This document shows positions 20,914-36,171 of a stretch of 64,000 nt of DNA, piece by piece. This DNA comes from Myxococcota bacterium (lineage in GTDB: Bacteria; Myxococcota_A; Polyangia; Nannocystales; Nannocystaceae), in the NCBI GenBank assembly GCA_039028615.1, contig JBCCHT010000050.1, positions 1-64,000 on the forward strand, given 5' to 3'. Numbering within the stretch: the stretch's first letter is position 1; each line of letters starts with the position of its first letter. Under the pieces are notes generated by a model that was not told the DNA's origin, made no database searches, and saw nothing but the letters and a program-made list of their open reading frames with translations. The position numbers and the translations under genes are program-made.

Positions 20914-23439
20914 ATGACCACGTCGATGGTGGGTTGGTTGCGATGGCTGATGGTGATCGCCATGCCGTGGTTGTTGTTCGCGTGCACTTCGGGCGACGAA
21001 CGACGCATCGATCGGTGGACCCTGCACGCCGACGAGCACGGCGCCCCCGTCGAGATCGAGCTGCCGCAACACGTCGACGAGTACCTGCCCGACGCCGACA
21101 CGCGCTACCGCTTGGTGGCAGACGTCGAGCTCGGCTCGCTTGCGGGCACCGAGCTCAGCCTCGTCATCCCCCACTTCGAAGGCATCGCCGAGCTGCACGT
21201 CGACGGACGCGACGCCGTGGCGACGCACCTCGGCCCCGGCGATCGCTACCGCCACGCGGGCCCGCACGTGTGGCGCCTGCCCGCGGTTAGCGAGCAGGCC
21301 GATCACGTCACGCTCGAGCTGCTCGTCGAGCATCGCTGGTCGCAGAGCGCGTGGCTCGACACCGTGCCCCGCCTGCGCCCCGCCGACGATCTCGGGCCGG
21401 CCGCGCTGACCGTGCTCGTGCTCAACCACGTCGGGGCGATCGCAGCCGCGTGCGGCTTGGTCTTGATCGGCCTGATGTCGATGGGCCTTCACCTCGCCAA
21501 CCCCTCGCGGCGTAGCTACCTGTGGTTTTCGATCCAGATGCTGTGCGCCGCCTGGTACCCGATTCACGTCTCCGGCTACGCCCAGCTGCTGGTCGGTCGC
21601 TACGAGACGGTGCTCATGATGCTGGCCCTCGAGCTCGCCGTGTTCGCGGCGCTCGAGTACAGCGTGGCCGAGTTCGGTCGAGGCCGCCCTCATCACACGC
21701 GGTGGTGGGCGATCGGCATCGGCATCGCGGCGCTCATCACCCTGGGCTCGGCCGATCCTTACTCCGTCACCGAGGTCGGAGGTCGAGCCGCGGTCGCGGC
21801 CATCGCCGCGGTGACCACCTTCTTGATCTTCTTGGGCATCGCCGCGCTGTCCGATGAAAACCCCCCGCGGGGCTCGGTGAACTTCTTGATCGAGTGGTGC
21901 GTGCTCGGAGCGGCCATCGTCCTCGATTCGATTCCCTGGCTGGGCCTGGGAGAACCGCTCGGCGGAGCGCGAGCTGCCTGCCTGGGCCTGGGTACGTTCG
22001 CCCTGTTCAACTCGCTCCGGCTGACGCGGGAGCACATCCACTCGCTGGGTACCACCGATCGCCTCAATCGCCAGCTCGAGCGGCGCGTCACCGCCCTCGA
22101 GGCGCAGCGCAACGAGGTCGAGCGCCTGCACGAGCAGCTCCGCGACCAGCTGGGCCATCGCTCTCGTCAGCTGTTCAGCATGCTGAGCATGGTCGGGCGC
22201 GATGCCGAGCCTACGCCCGTGCTCAACCCCGGAGACTCGGTCGGCGGCAAGTACCGCGTGATGCATCAGCTCGGCAAAGGCGGCATGGGGGTCGTGTACG
22301 CGGTACTCCGCCAGGCCGACGAGCAACGCCTCGCCCTGAAGATCGCCGTGCACGCCGATGCCTGGGGCCTGGCCCGGCTCGCCCGCGAAGCCGAGATCGC
22401 GACCCGCGTCGATCATCCCAATGTGGTCACCGTCACCGACGTCGACATCGACCCTCGGGGTTTCCTTTATATGGTCATGGAACACGTCGATGGCTCGACG
22501 CTCGCCGAGTACAAACCCGGCTTCGGGCGCGACCAACGATGGGCCATGGACGTGCTGCGGCAGGTCGCGGAGGGGCTCGCGGCGCTGCACGAAGAAGGCG
22601 TGGTCCATCGCGATCTCAAGCCGGGCAACATCCTGCTGCTGATGCGGCTCGACGGCGAGCTTCAGGTCAAGATCACCGATTTCGGCATCTCCCGCACGCT
22701 CGACGCCGACATGGCCGGGCCGCTCGATCCGCAGGACTCCACCGTCCACATGCCGATTCAGCCCGCCCCCGACACGCTCGAACCGGCGGCGCGGCGGCTG
22801 CTCGATGCTCAGATTCGCGGGGAGGCAGCCGAGCAGGCCCAAGCGCACGTCGAGCAGGCCCAAACGAGCGTCGATCCGCCCACCGTTCCCGGAATCAAAC
22901 CTCCCGCCACGCCCGCCGAACTCGCCGAGGAGAACACTCGACCGCTGCGGGTCGACGAGGTTCGCAACCTCGAGCTGTGGGAACGGAGTTCACCCATCAC
23001 CGAGGCGGGCACCATCATCGGAACGCCGGTCTACATGGCTCCCGAGCTCGCCGAAGACCCGCCCATCATCAGCCCGGCCGCGGACATCTTCAGTTTTGGC
23101 GTTCTCGCCCATATGCTCCTGACTGGCGCGCGTCCGTTCTCCGAGCCCCCGGTCATGGAGGTCGCCGACGGTCGCCCGCTGCCGCCCCGCCTCGACCTCG
23201 ATCTGTCGCGAATTCCCGAGGCGCTGCATGGCATCATGCGGTCCTGTCTGAGCTTCAAGACAGACGAGCGTCCCACTGCGGCCCGGCTGGCGATGGCGTT
23301 CGCCGAGCAACGTCGGGCGCTCGGAGAGCCGCCCGCCACGATGGCGCGCAACGAGCTGGAGGCCACGGGCGAGCACACGCTCGACGTCCCCGTCCGGCGT
23401 CGACACGAGCGCTCTCCGCCCGAGCCTCACGCCGCTTAA
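20914..23439 (+). CDS. Multi-pass membrane sensor Ser/Thr protein kinase
   Basis: Extracellular N-terminal domain, about 7 TM helices, coiled coil, then GKGGMG, ALK, HRDLKPGN, DFG, GTPVYMAPE. Confidence 0.88.
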   Translation: MTTSMVGWLRWLMVIAMPWLLFACTSGDERRIDRWTLHADEHGAPVEIELPQHVDEYLPDADTRYRLVADVELGSLAGTELSLVIPHFEGIAELHVDGRDAVATHLGPGDRYRHAGPHVWRLPAVSEQADHVTLELLVEHRWSQSAWLDTVPRLRPADDLGPAALTVLVLNHVGAIAAACGLVLIGLMSMGLHLANPSRRSYLWFSIQMLCAAWYPIHVSGYAQLLVGRYETVLMMLALELAVFAALEYSVAEFGRGRPHHTRWWAIGIGIAALITLGSADPYSVTEVGGRAAVAAIAAVTTFLIFLGIAALSDENPPRGSVNFLIEWCVLGAAIVLDSIPWLGLGEPLGGARAACLGLGTFALFNSLRLTREHIHSLGTTDRLNRQLERRVTALEAQRNEVERLHEQLRDQLGHRSRQLFSMLSMVGRDAEPTPVLNPGDSVGGKYRVMHQLGKGGMGVVYAVLRQADEQRLALKIAVHADAWGLARLAREAEIATRVDHPNVVTVTDVDIDPRGFLYMVMEHVDGSTLAEYKPGFGRDQRWAMDVLRQVAEGLAALHEEGVVHRDLKPGNILLLMRLDGELQVKITDFGISRTLDADMAGPLDPQDSTVHMPIQPAPDTLEPAARRLLDAQIRGEAAEQAQAHVEQAQTSVDPPTVPGIKPPATPAELAEENTRPLRVDEVRNLELWERSSPITEAGTIIGTPVYMAPELAEDPPIISPAADIFSFGVLAHMLLTGARPFSEPPVMEVADGRPLPPRLDLDLSRIPEALHGIMRSCLSFKTDERPTAARLAMAFAEQRRALGEPPATMARNELEATGEHTLDVPVRRRHERSPPEPHAA

Positions 23440-23739
23440 AATGAGAGAGTCGCTCTCCCATCGGGGAACCGCCGAAGCGCTACGCTCCGTACGACGTTCG
23501 TTCCCACGCGAACGATGATGGCTTCATCAGCGCTCGCCAAGGTCGGCTCTCGCGATCATGTCGATGACGTTGTTCCCCACGTCGGGGTCTCATTGACGTG
23601 ACATTCAGTGCAATGGACCGGTTCAGGACCATGCCGTATATCCGGGTTTCGAGTCCGAGTTGGAGGGTGTAGCCTACCCACCCCAAACACGAGCCGCCCC
23701 CGTGTTTGACCGTTCGAGAGCGTACGAGAGTTCTTGCCC

Positions 23740-25767
23740 ATGAGTCGCACGACGATTGCCGACAGTGAACGACCGCCCCTCGATCTCGCCGCGTCGAACG
23801 ACGCGAGCGCGGAAGAGTTCGTCGTCTCCCTGGTGCTGCGTGCCGGGGGCGAAGGCTCGGGCCTGCCCACCGCCAGCGAGATGGAAGAGCGCGCCCGGCA
23901 AGGGGCCGCGCCGCTGAGCTACGACGAGTTCACCCGCCAATACGGGGCCAGCGACGACGACGTCGCCAAGGTCCGCGACTTCGCCCAGGCGCACGGGCTG
24001 AGCGTGGGCACCGTCGATCGAACCAGCGCAGTGGTGGATGTCGCCGGCTCCGTCGACCGCCTCGCCAACGCGTTCAACGTCGACCTGAAAAAACTCGTCG
24101 GGGACAACGGCGAGTTCCTTCACCACACGTCCCCCGCCTCGGTGCCCTCCGAGCTCGCGGGAATCGTGGGCTTTGCCTTCGGGCTCTCCGGCCAGCCCAC
24201 ACAGCGCGGGCGGGCCTCGCTGCACCACCGACCGACCACCGACGACGACACCACCCCGCAGGCGACCCCGAGCTACACCACGTCGCGGCTGGCCGAGATC
24301 TACGACTTCCCGCCCCTGGACGGCAGCGGGCAGGTCGCGGGCATCATCGAACTCGCGGGCGGCTACCAGCTCAGCGACATCAAGGCCTACCTCGACGAGC
24401 TGGGCCTGCCGATGCCCACCATCGTCAACGTGGGGCCCAACGAGCGCTCGCAGGATTTCGTCTCGAACCTCGAGGTCACGATGGACCTGGCCATCGTCGC
24501 CTCGCTGGCGCCCAAGTCCACGGTCGTCGTCTACAACGCCAACTCCAAGGACTACTCGTTCAGCGACTACTACGAGATCTTCCGCACCGCGGTCTTCGAC
24601 CGCGTCAACAAGCCGAAGGTCCTGTCCAATAGCTGGTCGTGGCCGGAGGTCGAGGGCATCAAGCCCAACCCGGCCGAGCGCAAGCAGTTCGAGGAGCTGT
24701 TCATCAAGGCGGCCCTGCTCGGCATCACCATCTGCTCGTCCTCGGGCGACAGCGGCTCGCTCGTCACCAACCTCAAGGGTCGCATCCTCGCGCGCACCTC
24801 GTTCCCCGTCACCAGCCCCATGATCCTCGGCTGCGGCGGCACCACCCTGCTCGCCAAGGACGACGACGTCCACGAGACGGTGTGGAACTCCATGGCCGAG
24901 ACGCTCGTCATCGAGGAGAGCGAGGGCAGCCAAGGGTCCAACGCCAACGGCATGTCGACCGGCGGCGGGGTCAGCCGCGACGTCGCGCTCCCCCGCTTTC
25001 AGTCCGAGGCCCGCGTGCCGCCCCAGGTCACCCGCAAGTGGGTCGACGGCGTGCTGACGCCTCCGGTCACCTTCGCCGGCCGCGGCGTGCCCGACGTCGC
25101 CGCCAACGCCGACCTCAACACCGGCTACAAATACATCTACGAGGGCCAAGCGGTTACGGGCGGGGGTACCAGCGCCTCGGCTCCCCTATGGACGGGGCTG
25201 TTCACCCGCATCAACCAAGGCCTCGAGCGCCCCTGCGGCTACGTCACGCCGCTGCTGTACCACTTCCAGACCGAGGTGACCGACGGGCCCTCGGTGTTCC
25301 GCCCCATCGACCGCGGCAGCAATGGCGCCTACGAGGCCCACCCCGGCGATCGCTGGAACCCATGCACTGGCCTGGGCGTGCCCATCGGCACCCGGCTCTT
25401 GGCGGCCCTTCGCGAGCACCACGACGCTCACCCCATCCTCACGAGTTCCGATCCTTCAACCGACAATCAGACGACTTCGGAGAACACCACAATGTCAGAC
25501 GGTAAGGCCAAGCAAACTTTCACGTACCTCTCGGGCCACGACTGGGGCCGCATCATGGCGCACGCGTGGCGCGACGCAGACTTCAAGGCGAAGCTCGAAG
25601 CCGATCCCACCACCACCCTGCGTGCGTACATCTCCGAGACCTGGCCCGACCGCGAGTACACCAACCTGTTCCAGATCCACGACAAGCCCGCCGACATCGC
25701 CGAGGATCAGGTCCACCAGATGGCCGACTCGGACGGGCTCGCGTACCACTGCTCCGATCTTTGCTGA
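23740..25767 (+). CDS. S53 (sedolisin/kumamolisin) serine peptidase with pro-domain, in-frame fused to an NHLP-like RiPP precursor
   Basis: Pro-kumamolisin-like N-terminus; catalytic EVTMD (Glu/Asp), SSGDSG (oxyanion Asp), GRGVPDVA, GGTSASAP (Ser), WNPCTGLG; no stop codon before the precursor segment; no evident signal peptide. Confidence 0.88.
   Translation: MSRTTIADSERPPLDLAASNDASAEEFVVSLVLRAGGEGSGLPTASEMEERARQGAAPLSYDEFTRQYGASDDDVAKVRDFAQAHGLSVGTVDRTSAVVDVAGSVDRLANAFNVDLKKLVGDNGEFLHHTSPASVPSELAGIVGFAFGLSGQPTQRGRASLHHRPTTDDDTTPQATPSYTTSRLAEIYDFPPLDGSGQVAGIIELAGGYQLSDIKAYLDELGLPMPTIVNVGPNERSQDFVSNLEVTMDLAIVASLAPKSTVVVYNANSKDYSFSDYYEIFRTAVFDRVNKPKVLSNSWSWPEVEGIKPNPAERKQFEELFIKAALLGITICSSSGDSGSLVTNLKGRILARTSFPVTSPMILGCGGTTLLAKDDDVHETVWNSMAETLVIEESEGSQGSNANGMSTGGGVSRDVALPRFQSEARVPPQVTRKWVDGVLTPPVTFAGRGVPDVAANADLNTGYKYIYEGQAVTGGGTSASAPLWTGLFTRINQGLERPCGYVTPLLYHFQTEVTDGPSVFRPIDRGSNGAYEAHPGDRWNPCTGLGVPIGTRLLAALREHHDAHPILTSSDPSTDNQTTSENTTMSDGKAKQTFTYLSGHDWGRIMAHAWRDADFKAKLEADPTTTLRAYISETWPDREYTNLFQIHDKPADIAEDQVHQMADSDGLAYHCSDLC
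25492..25767 (+). CDS. NHLP-like RiPP precursor peptide (91 aa; nested in frame, own RBS)
   Basis: GGAGA at 25479-25483, 8 nt before ATG 25492; leader motif GRIMAHAWRDADFKAKLEADP; C-terminal Cys/Ser-containing core ...DGLAYHCSDLC; directly upstream of the YcaO gene. Confidence 0.8.
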   Translation: MSDGKAKQTFTYLSGHDWGRIMAHAWRDADFKAKLEADPTTTLRAYISETWPDREYTNLFQIHDKPADIAEDQVHQMADSDGLAYHCSDLC

Positions 25768-25894
25768 ACCCGAAAGGCCCCTCGACCGACCCGATGAGTC
25801 ACCCTGACGACGCCCCCTGGAACTCGGCACCGAGAGTTCCGCGGCGCAGCGCAGCGACGACGGTCGGTCGAGACCTTCTCGCTCGGGAGGCCCC

Positions 25895-28141
25895 GTGACG
25901 GCACGCCCTCGACTCAAGCGAAACCTTCGCTGCGTCGTCGTGCCCGACGGGGTCTTCCTGCTCTCGGAGGGAGAGCCGATCCACCTGCGCGGCCGGGCCC
26001 TGCCCGCCCTGGTGCCCCTGCTCGACGGTCGACACACCGAGGACGAGATCGTCGACGCCCTCGCCGGTCGGCTGCGGCCGGCCGAGGTCTTCTACTCGCT
26101 CGAGACCCTGCGCCGCGATCGACTCGTCGTCGACGAAGACGGTGCTGCGCTGGCCGAGGGAGCGTTTTGGGATGCACGCGACGTCCCCTCCGCCTCCGCG
26201 ACGCAGCGCGTTCGCGACGGGGCAGTGGCCCTCGTTCGTGTCGGTGACGCCCCCGGGCTGGAAGCGGCCGAGCAGGCCCTCCGCCACACGCTGACCAGCA
26301 ACGACGTCGCGCTTGCCGACGATGGCTCGCTGGTCGTCGTGCTCACCGATGACTTTCTCGACGAGCGGATCGCCGAGCAGTGGCAGACGCCGCGCCAGGT
26401 CCTGCTCGTGCGCCCGCTGGGTAACGAGCCCTGGCTGGGGCCGCTGTTCGTGCCCGAGCAGACCGGGTGCTGGCACTGCCTGACGCATCGACTCCGTGCG
26501 CACCGAAGGGTCGAGGCCTACGCCGAGCGTCATCGCAGCGGCGAGGGCCCCTCGGGCACCACGCCATGGTTGCCCTCCACCCTCGCGGTCGTGGCCGGGC
26601 TCGTGGCCACCGAGATCACGCAGTGGCTGGCCTGCGGCGAGAGCCCCTTGCTCGGCCGGGTGCAGACCCTCGATCTTCGCACCTTCGCCACGCAGTCCCA
26701 TGCGGTCGTGCGGCGCCCCCAGTGTCATCACTGCGGCGACGCCGAGCTCGTCGCTACCAAGCAACGCGCGCCGCTGGTGCTCGAGTCGCGGGCCAAGATC
26801 TTCACCAGCGACGGCGGCCATCGATCGTCCACGCCCGCGCAGACCGTCGCCGCGCTCGAGCATCACGTCAGCCCGATCACCGGCCTCATTCGCCGCCTGC
26901 GGAGCAACTGCCGCGACGAGTCGGCGCGCCTGGTGACCCCCTCGTACGTCACCGATCACAACTTCGCTCACCTCGACGACGACGGGGCCTTCTTGCGCCG
27001 CAGCTCGCGGAGCCGCTCGGGCGGCAAGGGCCGCGGCGACATGCAGGCCCGCGCCAGCGCCATCTGCGAGTCGATCGAGCGCTATAGCGGCGTGTTCCAG
27101 GGCGACGAGGCCCGACGCCGCGCCACCGTGGCCGAGCTGGGCGCGGACGCGATCGAGCCCAACCGCAGCATGCTCTTCAGCGAGCGCCAGCTCGACGCCT
27201 TCGACCCCAGCGCCGCCATGCCGCCGCGCTACCGCTGGGTCCCCGCCCGCTTCGATCCCACGCAGGCCATCGACTGGACCCCGGTGTGGTCGCTGACCCA
27301 TCGGACCCATCGCTACCTCCCGACCGCCCTGTGCTTCTTCGGCTACGCCCGAGCGCACGGCATCGACTTCGCGACCGCCGACTCCAACGGCTGCGCCGCG
27401 GGCCGAAGCGTCGAGGAGGCCATCGTGCAGGGCTTCCTCGAGCTGGTCGAGCGCGATGCCGTCGCGCTGTGGTGGTACAACCGCGCCTCGCGACCCACCG
27501 TCGAGCTGGGTGATTTTGGCGAGCCCTACCTCGAGCAGGTCCGCGACTACTACGCGACCATCGATCGCGAGCTGTGGGTCTTGGACATCACCAGCGACTT
27601 GGGCATCGCCACCTTCGCCGCCGTCTCTCGCCGGGTCGGGCACGAGCGCGAGGACATCACCCTGGGCTTCGGCTGCCACCTCGATCCTCGCATCGCGATC
27701 CTGCGGGCGGTGACCGAGCTCAACCAGATCCTGCCCGCGGTCTACGACGGCTCGCAGCGCCACGACCTCGACCCGAGCTTCGACCCCAACACCCTCGGGT
27801 GGTGGAAGACGGCGACGCTCGAAAACCAGTCCTACCTGCGCCCCGCCGCCAGCGCCCCCGCCCGGCGCCGCGCCGACTACGACGACCTCAGCACCGACGA
27901 CGTGCGCTCCGACATCGCCCGTTGTGTGGGCCTAGCCGCCGAACGCGGGTTGGAAACGTTGGTCCTCGACCAGAGCCGCCCCGATACGGGCCTGGCCGTG
28001 GTCAAGGTCATCGTGCCCGGCCTGCGCCATTTCTGGTCGCGCTTCGCCGCGGGACGCCTATTCGAGGTCCCGGTTACACTGGGCTGGCAGCCCCACGTGC
28101 TCACCGAGGACCAGCTCAACCCCCACTCGATGTATTTCTGA
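25895..28141 (+). CDS. Fused TOMM cyclodehydratase (leader-binding/E1-like domain + YcaO)
   Basis: GPLFVP, CWHC and PQCHHC motifs, DGGHR, SPITG, GKG...SAICESIERYS, SNGCAAG, ELVERD, RAVTELNQ, PGLRHFW. Confidence 0.93.
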   Translation: MTARPRLKRNLRCVVVPDGVFLLSEGEPIHLRGRALPALVPLLDGRHTEDEIVDALAGRLRPAEVFYSLETLRRDRLVVDEDGAALAEGAFWDARDVPSASATQRVRDGAVALVRVGDAPGLEAAEQALRHTLTSNDVALADDGSLVVVLTDDFLDERIAEQWQTPRQVLLVRPLGNEPWLGPLFVPEQTGCWHCLTHRLRAHRRVEAYAERHRSGEGPSGTTPWLPSTLAVVAGLVATEITQWLACGESPLLGRVQTLDLRTFATQSHAVVRRPQCHHCGDAELVATKQRAPLVLESRAKIFTSDGGHRSSTPAQTVAALEHHVSPITGLIRRLRSNCRDESARLVTPSYVTDHNFAHLDDDGAFLRRSSRSRSGGKGRGDMQARASAICESIERYSGVFQGDEARRRATVAELGADAIEPNRSMLFSERQLDAFDPSAAMPPRYRWVPARFDPTQAIDWTPVWSLTHRTHRYLPTALCFFGYARAHGIDFATADSNGCAAGRSVEEAIVQGFLELVERDAVALWWYNRASRPTVELGDFGEPYLEQVRDYYATIDRELWVLDITSDLGIATFAAVSRRVGHEREDITLGFGCHLDPRIAILRAVTELNQILPAVYDGSQRHDLDPSFDPNTLGWWKTATLENQSYLRPAASAPARRRADYDDLSTDDVRSDIARCVGLAAERGLETLVLDQSRPDTGLAVVKVIVPGLRHFWSRFAAGRLFEVPVTLGWQPHVLTEDQLNPHSMYF

Positions 28142-28151
28142 AGAGGGCTTC

Positions 28152-28867
28152 ATGCAACCGCAACCCCAACGCCCGGCTCCCTCGAACCCCGCAGCAGCCA
28201 TCGCCTCGCGCGATCGCTCCGAGCAGGTCGAGTTCTTTCGCGAGCAGGGGTTCTTGAAGCTCGACCAGCTCATCGACGCCGAAGAGGTGAAGCGCCTGGC
28301 CTCCATCTACGACGACATCGTCCGGGCGCACATGGGCTTTACCCCCGCGGAGATGAAGGACAAGGTCCGGCTCGAGGAGCGCCCCTTGTTGGTGGTCTAC
28401 CCCTCGAACGACGAGATCGCCCGCCTGCGCGAGGGCAACGTCTACGAGGCCGCCACTCAGCTGGTGGCGCAGCTGGTCGGGCTCGACCCCGACCGCATCG
28501 TCGGGGGCTGGCGCCTGTTCTTCAAGCCGCCCGCCTACGGGCCCTCCAAGTGGCACCAAGACGCAGCCTATCGCCCGCCGCCCCACGAGACGGTGAGCGT
28601 GTGGCTGCCCATCGACGATGCCACGCCCGAAAACAGCTGCATGACCTACCTCGGCGGGACGCACCACACCCGCAAGATCTGGCCGCACGAGTTCGAGGAC
28701 GACCACCTCATCGCCAAGGACTTCGACCCCACGGGCGCCGTGCAGTGCCCGATCCCGGCTGGCGGCGCCACCGTTCACCACAGCTGTACGCTGCATTGTT
28801 CTGGACCGAACCAAACGCAACGACCCCGGCGCACGCTGGGCATCGTGTGCAGGATGACGAAAAGCTC

Positions 28868-28871
<4 letters not shown>
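28152..28871 (+). CDS. PhyH-family Fe(II)/2-oxoglutarate dioxygenase
   Basis: FFREQGF, WHQD (HxD), SVWLPIDDATPENSC, TLHCSGPN...RR (distal His, 2OG-binding Arg). Confidence 0.9.
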
Positions 28872-34184
<5,313 letters not shown>

Positions 34185-34207
<23 letters not shown>

Positions 34208-34931
34208 GGCGGTGGGTGGCGAGGGTCAGCCACCACGCCATCCACCCGCCGAACACGTCGAGCAGGGCGTGCAAGAGGATGGGCAGCAGCAGGGACTCGG
34301 TCACCACGAAGATCGAGCCGAAGAACACCGAGAGCACGAAGATCTTCGCCATCGCCCGCCAGCCCTGGTAGCGGTGGATGGCGGCGAAGCCGAAAGCGGG
34401 CAGCAAGACCACCGCGACGAGGCCGGCCGGGCTGCTGCCCGTGAACACCAGCAAGTACGAGATGGCAAAGCCGCGGGCGATGATCTCCTCGGTCAGGCCG
34501 GCCGAGGCCCCGAACACGCTGAAGTGACGCGCCTCGCGGAGGGTAGCGGGAAGAAAGGGCACCTCTTTCCGTAGCCGTCCCAGGGTCTCGATGCGCTTGG
34601 CGGCCGTGCACGCCCCCCGCCAGGTCTCGAAGGCGATCCACCCCACGAACGCCGCGGCGATGGCCAGCCCCGTGCCGCGCTCGGCCTGCTGCCAGGTCAG
34701 GCCGAGCGACGCGAAGGAGCGGCCGGCCGAGGCCCAGACCGCACAGGTCGCCCCGGCCGCGGCCAGCATGATGGCGCCGTTGATCCAATAGATCGCCAGC
34801 TTGGCCTTGGTGTCGAACGACTCTTCGTGGCCGAGCGACTGGCCGCGGACCAGGTTGAACAGCGCGAACGCGCCGATGAGGCCGGCCAAGACGTGCTCTG
34901 CGAGGGTCGGATCGTCCATGCTCGACGTCAT
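34185..34931 (-). CDS. CPBP (Abi/CAAX) family intramembrane metalloprotease
   Basis: EEIIARG, FAAIH and HALLD motifs; multiple TM helices; start may be 34919. Confidence 0.88.
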
Positions 34932-34958
34932 GATAAAATTATGTTAAAAATTTTACCA
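34931..34958. promoter_or_regulatory. AT-rich inverted repeat, probable operator between divergent genes
   Basis: TGATAAAATT-N8-AATTTTACCA (one mismatch) filling the 28-bp gap between the CPBP gene and the HTH regulator. Confidence 0.65.
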
Positions 34959-34959
34959 A

Positions 34960-35532
34960 TTGAAGACGCCGAAGCGACGCAAGACCTTCGTGGTCGAAGA
35001 CGATGCTCAACGGGCGGCGCTGACCTCACCGGTTCGACTCGAGCTGATCGAGCACCTGGCGGCGATCGGCCCCGCTTCCGTCCGCGATCTCGCCGCTCGG
35101 GTCGGCAGCACGACCCACGCCCTGCACTATCACGTGCGACAGCTGCGAGACGTCGGCCTTTTGGTCCCGGCGGGCTCGCGCCGCAGCGGTGCCCGCGACG
35201 AGACGCTCTACGACCTCATCGCCGAGCGTATCGAGATCTCCATGGACTCCAGCCATGGGGCCCAGGCCGGCATCAAGACCGCGCGCACCATCCTGCGCAA
35301 GGCCGAGCGCGACTTCACGGCGATCGCCGAGGCGGCCCCCGAGCGACTCGAAGCGGGCGATGGCATGGCGTGTCGAGCCCGCGCTCGTCTTTCCCGGGGC
35401 GCCCACAAGGAAGTCCTGCAGCACCTGGCCGCCATCGATCGCATCTTCCAACGCGAGCTGAAGCGTGAGCACCCGCCCCAGGCCCGCACCGAGGCCTTCA
35501 CGATGACCGTGGTGTTCGTGCCCGAGGTCTGA
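34960..35532 (+). CDS. ArsR-like winged-helix transcriptional regulator
   Basis: ALTSPVRLELIEHL...SVRDLA...LHYHVRQLRDVGLL; TTG start. Confidence 0.82.
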   Translation: MKTPKRRKTFVVEDDAQRAALTSPVRLELIEHLAAIGPASVRDLAARVGSTTHALHYHVRQLRDVGLLVPAGSRRSGARDETLYDLIAERIEISMDSSHGAQAGIKTARTILRKAERDFTAIAEAAPERLEAGDGMACRARARLSRGAHKEVLQHLAAIDRIFQRELKREHPPQARTEAFTMTVVFVPEV

Positions 35533-35538
35533 GCGCCG

Positions 35539-36108
35539 CTACCTCGCGTCGGCGGGCTTGGTGTTGCGCTCGAGGTAGCCCCCCAGCGACTCGAGCCCGT
35601 AGACATCGTGGGAGTCGTCGTCGCGAGCACCGATCTCCAGGTACGCGATGCGAGCGGCCGCTTCCTCGCCGACGCCGGCCTCGATGATCTGCAGGCCGAT
35701 CTCCGCCCACGCCTCGAGCCCGGGGTTCGGCACCAGCAAGCGGATCGCGGGCTGGGAGGGCGCCTCGTCGGGGCGCAGCGGCATGAAGCTCAGGGCCTTG
35801 GCCTCGAAGACCATGCCCCCTGCGTCGACCTGGAACTCGAAGCCGCGAGCGGGTCGGAACGCGACGAAGGACCAGCCGGCCACGCTCGGCGCCGACTCGA
35901 CCACACGCCGCACGACGGCGAAGGCTTCGACCTCCCCGCCCGCCGTCACGACGACGGTTCGAGTGCCGCTGTCGTCGCTGACCTCCGCTCCGATGCGCTC
36001 GTCGACGGCCGCCAATGCGCTCGTGATCGCCTCGCTCGCAGCGTCGGGGCTCATCGCCCGCAGCTCGTCCTCGCGCCCCGAAAGCCAGCTCCAGTCTGCC
36101 GTGCTCAT
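35539..36108 (-). CDS. Hypothetical protein
   Basis: ATG 36108 (MSTADWSWL); coding-like codon bias; fills the gap between + strand genes. Confidence 0.65.
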   Translation of the reverse strand: MSTADWSWLSGREDELRAMSPDAASEAITSALAAVDERIGAEVSDDSGTRTVVVTAGGEVEAFAVVRRVVESAPSVAGWSFVAFRPARGFEFQVDAGGMVFEAKALSFMPLRPDEAPSQPAIRLLVPNPGLEAWAEIGLQIIEAGVGEEAAARIAYLEIGARDDDSHDVYGLESLGGYLERNTKPADAR

Positions 36109-36171
36109 GGACCCCAGGTACCAGGGCGGGCAAAGGGAATGCAAGGGCGCCCCCGGGGCGTACGGGGGCCG

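Noticed and set aside
25765..25767. TGA after the precursor's terminal Cys as selenocysteine
   Set aside because: No clear SECIS-like hairpin follows and the read-through would add only a short non-coding-like stretch; treated as a true stop
28550..28867. N-terminal extension of the hybrid kinase given in the ORF track
   Set aside because: Overlaps the dioxygenase gene in another frame; the ATGA-coupled start at 28868 fits the kinase domain boundary
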